The position numbers and the translations under genes are program-made. A stretch of DNA of 64,000 nt from Alphaproteobacteria bacterium (GTDB taxonomy: Bacteria; Pseudomonadota; Alphaproteobacteria; JANQMY01). This document shows, piece after piece, positions 58,024 to 64,000 of this stretch. Below the pieces are notes generated by a model. The model had not been told where the DNA came from and searched no databases. It worked only from the letters and a program-made list of their open reading frames with translations. Every line of letters starts with the position of its first letter. Position 1 is the stretch's first letter. The stretch spans positions 194,503-258,502 of the forward strand of contig JANQPL010000001.1 of the NCBI GenBank assembly GCA_028289425.1. The letters are read 5' to 3'.

Positions 58024-60246
58024 GTGTCCGATCGGTCTCACAGTATTTGCCGTGTCTGCCACCTGATGTGTCCCATCATCGTCGAGCGCGACGGAAACCG
58101 GATCGAAAAAATCTACGGAGATAAGACCAATCCCGTCTATTTCGGATACACATGCATTAAGGGGCGGCGGCAGCAGGACTACCTGACATCTCCCGAGCGC
58201 CTCAAACATTCCGTCGGCCGGACGGCTTCAGGAGCCTTCGAGCCCCTCTCCTCCTCTGCGGTGATTGAGCAATCAGCGGAACGCATCCGCTCGATTACCG
58301 ATCAATACGGCCCGAAATCGGTCGCACTCTATATCGGCACGCAAGCGGCGCACAATTTGATCACGCGCAATATGGCGTTGGCGTGGATGGAGGCGATCGG
58401 GTCTCCGATGGTGTTCAGCAGCTTGACGATCGACCAGCCCGGCAAAGTAATCGCGCCCGCCTTGCACGGCATATGGCTGGCCGGGCCTTACGCACCGGAA
58501 GAAGCGGATGTGTGGCTGCTTGTGGGAACCAACCCGATGGTGTCAATGCAGGGCGGCCTGCCGATTAATGCAGCACACGGACAAAAAATTCGCCAAAGGG
58601 AAGGCAGAAAGCTCATCGTCATCGATCCGCGCAAAACGGAGAGCGCTAAGGCGGCAGATGTGCACTTGCAGGCCCTACCGGGCTGCGATGCCGAAATTCT
58701 TGCGGCCATGATCCGGGTCATCATCGCTGAGCGTTTGTTTGACCAAGACTTTGTTGACCAAAACGCGTCCGGTTTCCAGACTATCGAGCGTTGCGTGGCG
58801 TCGTTTCATCTAGAAGACGTTGCCCGACGTGCGGGATTGCGTGCTGCGGATATTGAACGCGCGGCGCGGATGTTGGCTCAAGGTAGGACCGGGGGCGTGA
58901 GTTTGGGGACGGGCCCCAACATGTCGGGCCAATCGAATCTAAGCGAATATCTCGGCTTGTGTCTGATGACCTTGTGCGGCCATTGGGTGCGAGCCGGAGA
59001 AAAAGTCCGAAATCCTGGCGTCCTGGTGCGCCGTCTTGACCCGATCGCTCAGGCCTTTCCGCCCTATCCGGCCTGGGGCTTCGGCGAGCAGTTGCGTGTC
59101 AAGGGCTTAGGCAACTCGCTTGCTGGGCTGCCCACCTCAGCACTGGCAGATGAAATACTTCTCGACGGGGAAAGAAAGATCCGGGCCTTGATCAGCCTCG
59201 GCGGAAATCCTTTTTCCGGGTGGCCTGACCAACAAAAGACGCACGAAGCCCTCAATGCGCTCGACCTGTTGATCAGTGTAGATCCGATTATCAGCACCAC
59301 CGGAAAATATGCAGACTATGTTGTGGCACCAAAGATATTTCTGGAAGTTGCCGGTAACACGGCGCTTCAAGAGAGCTATGGCGTTTTTGGACCTGGGTGG
59401 GGGTATCAGGCGCCTTATGCACAGGCGTGCGGGCCGCTGGTTGACCCCCCTCATGGCTCGGACTTGATCGAAGACTGGGAGTTCTTCTATGGCACAGCCC
59501 AAAAACTGGGCCTCCCGCTCAAGTTAAAATCCGCCTCGATACTCGACCAAAAACAAGCAGCAAGATCAGCGCTGGAAGTGGACATGACGGTTAAGCCAAC
59601 CACGGACCGTCTATGGACGGCGGTGCTCGACGGCGCGCCGCTGCCTTTGTCGGAAATCGAGCAGGATGCGCCCGGCCGTCTTTATGACGTTGACGAACAA
59701 TTCGTCAAACCGAAAACACCGGAGTGTACTGACCGTTTGCGTCTTGATGACCCCACAATGCTGCAGGAACTCAGCGGTCTGGTGAGTGGCGAGTGGAACA
59801 TGGCAAATCCATCGCCCTATCTTCTGATCACTTGCCGGCTTCCTGACATCCACAATTCTTCATGGCACGGCGTTGCAGCCCTCAAACGGCGTCATGGCTT
59901 CAATCCCCTATTTGTAAATCCGGAAGATGCAAAAGAGTTGGACGTTACGGACGGTGATTTCGTGGACGTTGAGTCGGATCACGCATCGATTACCGCGATC
60001 GTTCAAGTTTCGGAAGACTTGCGCAGACGGGTGGTTGCCCTTCCCCCCTGTTGGGGCGCACCCCCAATGGGTGAACAAGACCCCCAAACCGTCGGCAGCA
60101 GTGCCGCAAAGCTGATCACCGTCGACAAGCACTTCGATCCGATCACCGGCATTCCAAGAATGAGTGGCGTGCCGGTCCGATTGCGCAAGTTGAAAACCGA
60201 CGCCAAAAAACCAAGCACCAAGGAGAGCACATATGCCGCAGGTTAA
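58024..60246 (+). CDS. Molybdopterin-dependent oxidoreductase (MopB superfamily), cytoplasmic, stand-alone
   Basis: N-terminal 4Fe-4S motif CRVCHLMCPI...YTCIKGRR (C-x2-C-x3-C-xn-C); C-terminal molybdopterin-binding barrel (DVTDGDFVDVES...); no Tat signal; 740 aa. Confidence 0.75.
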   Translation: MSDRSHSICRVCHLMCPIIVERDGNRIEKIYGDKTNPVYFGYTCIKGRRQQDYLTSPERLKHSVGRTASGAFEPLSSSAVIEQSAERIRSITDQYGPKSVALYIGTQAAHNLITRNMALAWMEAIGSPMVFSSLTIDQPGKVIAPALHGIWLAGPYAPEEADVWLLVGTNPMVSMQGGLPINAAHGQKIRQREGRKLIVIDPRKTESAKAADVHLQALPGCDAEILAAMIRVIIAERLFDQDFVDQNASGFQTIERCVASFHLEDVARRAGLRAADIERAARMLAQGRTGGVSLGTGPNMSGQSNLSEYLGLCLMTLCGHWVRAGEKVRNPGVLVRRLDPIAQAFPPYPAWGFGEQLRVKGLGNSLAGLPTSALADEILLDGERKIRALISLGGNPFSGWPDQQKTHEALNALDLLISVDPIISTTGKYADYVVAPKIFLEVAGNTALQESYGVFGPGWGYQAPYAQACGPLVDPPHGSDLIEDWEFFYGTAQKLGLPLKLKSASILDQKQAARSALEVDMTVKPTTDRLWTAVLDGAPLPLSEIEQDAPGRLYDVDEQFVKPKTPECTDRLRLDDPTMLQELSGLVSGEWNMANPSPYLLITCRLPDIHNSSWHGVAALKRRHGFNPLFVNPEDAKELDVTDGDFVDVESDHASITAIVQVSEDLRRRVVALPPCWGAPPMGEQDPQTVGSSAAKLITVDKHFDPITGIPRMSGVPVRLRKLKTDAKKPSTKESTYAAG

Positions 60247-61036
60247 ATCTCACGGACTAGATCTGTTCTATGTGAAGTCAGGGAACGGCCCAGCCCTGGT
60301 ATTCGTACATGGAACTGGCGGCAATTCCATTTTGTGGTTCAAGCAGTTTGAACGCTTTGCCGGGATCCACACCTGCATTGCCTATGATCATCGCGGCTTC
60401 GGCCGATCGTCGGGGCCGGCGGAAAATTTCAAATCCGAGTACTTTGCTGACGATGTCAGAGCCATCCTCGACGCCGAGAACATCTCCAAATGCACCTTGG
60501 TTTGCTCGTCCCTCGGCGGATGGACCGGTGTTAAGTTTGCTCTTCAGTACCCAGATAGGACCGCTGGCCTGGTGATCTGCAATTCGACAGCGTCCGTAGA
60601 CCTGCCTATCGCCATCGAAGCGTGCGAAGCCTCGAAACCTCGTTCGGAAGCGGAAGGCGCCCTGGCCGTGGCCTTTTCGCCCGACTTTATCCAGAACCAA
60701 CCGCTTCTCGTCTACCTCTTCGAGCAAATCCAGATGGCGACACCCGTCGCACACCAACTTGATTGGGAGTTGGTGTATGACCGCATCATGGGCCCTAACA
60801 CGCTAACCAACGTCGAGACGCTCGCCAAGATTTCTTGCCCCTCGTTGCACATTGATGGCGAGCTTGACCGAATTTTTCCCCCTGCCGTCATTGAAGCCGT
60901 GGCCGCTAAGTTCCCCAACTCTCAATTTACCGTCATACCGGATGCTGCCCATTGCCCCTGGATTGAGCAACCTGAAGCATTTAATTCCGTGCTGACTGAA
61001 TTCCTAAACGGAGTCGATTGGCATCGCGCCAAATAG
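60233..61036 (+). CDS. Alpha/beta hydrolase
   Basis: LVFVHGTGGNSILW...CSSLGG elbow; AGGAG RBS; start overlaps the MopB stop by 14 nt. Confidence 0.75.
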   Translation: MPQVKSHGLDLFYVKSGNGPALVFVHGTGGNSILWFKQFERFAGIHTCIAYDHRGFGRSSGPAENFKSEYFADDVRAILDAENISKCTLVCSSLGGWTGVKFALQYPDRTAGLVICNSTASVDLPIAIEACEASKPRSEAEGALAVAFSPDFIQNQPLLVYLFEQIQMATPVAHQLDWELVYDRIMGPNTLTNVETLAKISCPSLHIDGELDRIFPPAVIEAVAAKFPNSQFTVIPDAAHCPWIEQPEAFNSVLTEFLNGVDWHRAK

Positions 61037-61647
61037 CCGCGCCGGATCCATTCTTGTGCAAAGAGCCTATCTTCAGGCACTTCTTTGAGGTGACGGTGGG
61101 TCACGGACGACAAAGGACGCGGGAACATCAAAATGGGCATCGATAATGGCGACACCTCGCACTTCTTCGATACTGGCCATTTTTTTGGCGATGCGCATTG
61201 TGGACCTCGCAGATTTCACATTCACGCCAATCATTACAGTGGTGTTAAACCCGCCTAACCCCAATTCTAGATGCCGGCAATCTGCGCAAGCATTTCGTCC
61301 AATTGGCGTTCTATGGGATCGGCAATCATATCCTCGGTGACACAAAGATTCGACGCCTGAAGGACGCACTAAACATGTTTGGTGTATCCATGGCAGTGAA
61401 ACTCGATTCCGGTCAACGATCGCGGGGCCCGGCCATACACCCATGCGTACGATGGATTTGTAATGGCTGTCACGTGCAGTCGTGCGTCGCCAAATTTGAA
61501 AGCGTTAGAACACGGCGCGAATATAGCTTTGTCATTTGATATCTGTACGGATGAACCGTTTTATCTGTGCGCTTGTGGCAAGACGTCCAGCTATGGCACA
61601 GACCAAAATTTAGGCAATTGCCGCTTTATTGCGCTGCAAAATAATCG

Positions 61648-61675
61648 TTGACACAAATGTGAAGCCAGATACTAT
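61648..61675 (+). promoter_or_regulatory. Sigma70-like promoter TTGACA-16 nt-TACTAT
   Basis: Consensus -35 and near-consensus -10 with 16-nt spacing, about 230 nt upstream of the nrtA-like gene. Confidence 0.45.
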
Positions 61676-61679
61676 TTTC

Positions 61680-61727
61680 GGGACTCAAAGACGAGTCTCA
61701 TGTCGCTCCATCGACGGGCCGATAGAG
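61680..61727 (+). ncRNA. 5' leader with two tandem hexaloop hairpins (loops AAAGAC and ACGGGC; A at position 1, G at position 4) resembling an ANTAR antiterminator target
   Basis: Hairpin 1 GGGACUC-AAAGAC-GAGUCUC; hairpin 2 CUCCAUCG-ACGGGC-CGAUAGAG; 12-nt linker; begins at the predicted transcription start of the promoter above. Confidence 0.4.
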
Positions 61728-61883
61728 CAGAGCACGGAATGATGCTTTGCAAATAACCGCCTCTGCGGATGAGGCGCTCCCAGGAAAACCCAAGTACTCA
61801 GCGTCTTGAAGGCGGCACGTGTTGTGCAACGCATGTGTCTTCAACAAGGCCACCCGTTGATCAAGAACTTGTTTGGAGAGCAC

Positions 61884-63314
61884 ATGAAAGCGACCGTCGA
61901 GAAATCCGTCTCAAAGTTTAAGTTACTTGCCGCTGCATCCTTCTGCGCGCTGTCGATCTTCGCATTACCTCCGTCTACAGAGAATATGACGGGTTCGGCC
62001 GTGGCCGCCGAGCTTGATGTGGAAAAAGACGAGCTCAAGTTTGGTTTCATTAAACTGACCGATATGGCGCCCCTCGCTGTCGCCTATGAGCTTGGCTATT
62101 TCGAAGAAGAGGGGCTTTTCGTGACGCTCGAGCCCCAGGCGAACTGGAAGGTCCTGCTCGACCGGGTCATCGACGGCGAATTGGACGGCGCCCATATGCT
62201 GGCAGGTCAGCCGCTCGGCGCCACCATCGGGTTCGGCACCAAGGCCGACATCATTACAGCCTTTTCCATGGATCTGAACGGCAATGGCATTACCGTTTCC
62301 AATGAGATCTGGGAACAGATGAAACCCAACATTCCGCTTCAGGATGACGGCAGGCCGGTGCATCCAATCAAAGCGGAATATCTCAAACCGGTTGTCGACA
62401 AATTCAAAGACGAAGGCCGGCCCTTCAATATGGGTATGGTCTTTCCGGTCTCTACCCACAATTACGAACTGAGATACTGGCTTGCGTCCGGCGGGATCCA
62501 TCCCGGCTATTACGGAAAGACGGACATCTCCGGGCAAATCAACGCAGACGCGCTGTTGTCCGTCACGCCGCCGCCACAGATGCCGGCAACGCTCGAGGCG
62601 GGCACCATCTACGGATATTGCGTGGGCGAACCTTGGAACCAGCAGGCCGTTTTCAAAGGCATTGGCGTGCCGGTCATCACGGATTACGAGATTTGGAAAA
62701 ACAATCCGGAAAAAGTGTTCGGCGTTTCCGCCTCTTGGGCGGAAGAAAACCCGAACACCCATCTGGCTGTCGTAAAAGCCCTGATCCGTGCCGCCATGTG
62801 GCTTGACGAAAACAACAACGCAAACCGGGAGGAAGCGGTGAAAATTCTGTCGCGCCCGGAATATGTGGGGGCGGACTATGAGGTGATCGCCAATTCCATG
62901 ACCGGCACGTTCGAATACGAGAAGGGCGATAAGCGAGACGTGCCGGACTTCAACGTCTTCTTCCGCTACTTTGCCACCTATCCCTACTACTCCGATGCCA
63001 TCTGGTATCTGACCCAGATGCGCCGCTGGGGCCAGATCACGGAAAGCAAGCCGGATAGTTGGTACATGGACGTGGCCAAAAAGGTCTACCGGCCCGAGAT
63101 CTACTTGCAAGCAGCCCAGATGCTGATCGATGAGGGCAAGGCCAAACAAGAAGACTTTCCTTTTGGTACGGACGGCTTCAAAGACCCTCAAAGTGAATTC
63201 ATTGACGGCATCACGTTTGATGGCCGGAAGCCGAATGACTACATCGCCAAGTTTCCGATCGGTTTGAAGCAAGGCGAAGTGGTTACCGATGCCGGGGATG
63301 TGGTCACCAATTAG
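61884..63314 (+). CDS. ABC transporter substrate-binding protein, NrtA/CmpA-like (nitrate/nitrite/bicarbonate family)
   Basis: Signal peptide; [28 protein letters not shown]...[10 protein letters not shown] pattern typical of NrtA-type SBPs; about 476 aa from the ATG at 61884. Confidence 0.7.
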   Translation: MKATVEKSVSKFKLLAAASFCALSIFALPPSTENMTGSAVAAELDVEKDELKFGFIKLTDMAPLAVAYELGYFEEEGLFVTLEPQANWKVLLDRVIDGELDGAHMLAGQPLGATIGFGTKADIITAFSMDLNGNGITVSNEIWEQMKPNIPLQDDGRPVHPIKAEYLKPVVDKFKDEGRPFNMGMVFPVSTHNYELRYWLASGGIHPGYYGKTDISGQINADALLSVTPPPQMPATLEAGTIYGYCVGEPWNQQAVFKGIGVPVITDYEIWKNNPEKVFGVSASWAEENPNTHLAVVKALIRAAMWLDENNNANREEAVKILSRPEYVGADYEVIANSMTGTFEYEKGDKRDVPDFNVFFRYFATYPYYSDAIWYLTQMRRWGQITESKPDSWYMDVAKKVYRPEIYLQAAQMLIDEGKAKQEDFPFGTDGFKDPQSEFIDGITFDGRKPNDYIAKFPIGLKQGEVVTDAGDVVTN

Positions 63315-63326
63315 AGCGCCCGCCAG

Positions 63327-63359
63327 TCTGGTGGTGACGGCGTTTATGTCACCACCAGA
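63327..63359 (+). other. Perfect 12-bp inverted repeat hairpin TCTGGTGGTGAC-N9-GTCACCACCAGA between SBP and permease genes
   Basis: Read directly; no U tract follows. Intercistronic stem-loop, possibly mRNA stabiliser or attenuator. Confidence 0.4.
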
Positions 63360-63395
63360 CAGCAACTCATCGAGAAGATTTAAGGGGATATCCTC

Positions 63396-64000
63396 ATGAC
63401 GTCAGCGACGTCTCGTCAAATTGAAAGCGACACGGTTCTTGAAACGCGGCCTTCGGCCTCGTCACAACAGACAGGCGTGGTCGCAACGCTTCCAGTGTCC
63501 ACGGAAAATATTGCCGCCGCCAAGGCACCGGCGCCGTCTTCCACACAAGTACTAACCCAAACCGTTCAACGAGTCACAAACGGGCTGTCGGTGGTGGGAC
63601 TTGGTTTCCTGAACCCCATTATCCGTTTGCTGATGGGGGAAGATCCGCGCACACAGCTTGGTGAACTGTGGAAAATGCTGGGCATACCGCTGGTGGCCAT
63701 CATGGTGTTCCTGGCCGCCTGGTCGGCGGGAGCTGCGCAAGTGAAGACCAGCCTGGGGCAAATACCCGGACCCGTCATGGTGTGGGAACAATTCGGTGCG
63801 CTGATGGAAGATCACCGCGCGACCCGGGCCAAGGAAGCGGCGTTCTACGATCGGCAGGACGAACGAAATGCTAGGTATCTTGCGGAAGGCCGACCTGAGA
63901 AGGTCAAAGAGCGGTCGTTTACCGGGAAGCCGACTTACATCGACCAAATCCTCACTTCTCTAAAAACAGTCTTTTTCGGCTTTGTCATTGCGACCTTGAT
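63396..64000 (+). CDS. ABC transporter permease, NrtB-like (3' end truncated by window edge)
   Basis: AAGGGGA RBS, ATG at 63396. Translation contains a TM helix and the AFYDRQDERNARYLAEG cytoplasmic insertion typical of NrtB-type permeases. Open to the window end, so absent from the ORF track. Confidence 0.7.
   Translation, partial: MTSATSRQIESDTVLETRPSASSQQTGVVATLPVSTENIAAAKAPAPSSTQVLTQTVQRVTNGLSVVGLGFLNPIIRLLMGEDPRTQLGELWKMLGIPLVAIMVFLAAWSAGAAQVKTSLGQIPGPVMVWEQFGALMEDHRATRAKEAAFYDRQDERNARYLAEGRPEKVKERSFTGKPTYIDQILTSLKTVFFGFVIATL

Noticed and set aside
61073-61444. 123-aa minus-strand ORF with weak resemblance to an Lrp/AsnC ligand-binding (RAM) domain
   Set aside because: Similarity too weak to support by eye. 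The region more plausibly holds only the nrtA promoter and leader.
1-64000. Search for CRISPR arrays, rRNA/tRNA genes, transposases, integrases or phage genes
   Set aside because: No regular short direct-repeat arrays, no tRNA-like cloverleaf candidates, and no transposase or integrase-like ORFs were recognised.

Overview
Ordinary-GC (roughly 55-60%) proteobacterial chromosome segment with no rRNA, tRNA, CRISPR array or recognisable mobile-element gene. It falls into three parts. (1) 1..34.5 kb: a CoA-dependent catabolic island built from three paralogous modules. Each module has a GntR/FadR-type regulator, family III (CaiB/BaiF) CoA-transferases, AMP-forming acyl-CoA ligases, LLM-class flavin oxidoreductases, amidohydrolases and SCP-x-type thiolase + DUF35 pairs. 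A P450, SDR/MDR reductases, a TonB-dependent receptor and tandem MFS transporters accompany them. No acyl-CoA dehydrogenase is visible. (2) 34.6..44.7 kb: a Csu/SCPU-type chaperone-usher pilus locus with four pilin paralogs, an usher and a chaperone. Two paralogous one-component regulators sit inside it: LuxR-type HTH in mid-protein, C-terminal alpha/beta-hydrolase fold apparently lacking the nucleophile Ser. A recurring ATACCCAA dyad box precedes four of its transcription units. (3) 44.7..64 kb: a second catabolic/uptake region (MFS, hydrolases, SDR, acyl-CoA ligase, crotonase, TonB receptor, FAD oxidase, stand-alone molybdopterin oxidoreductase) with two TetR genes and at least eight copies of a TGTACA-NN-TGTACA operator-like motif, followed by an nrtA-like ABC transporter with a sigma70-like promoter and an ANTAR-type dual hexaloop leader. 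Unusual items: two adjacent ORFs (a family III CoA-transferase and a crotonase) whose homologous segments appear in circularly permuted order, and an 812-aa covalent fusion of two CoA-transferase domains. All calls are by-eye motif and family recognition; no database search was run. Coordinates of short motifs are approximate (+/-2 nt).
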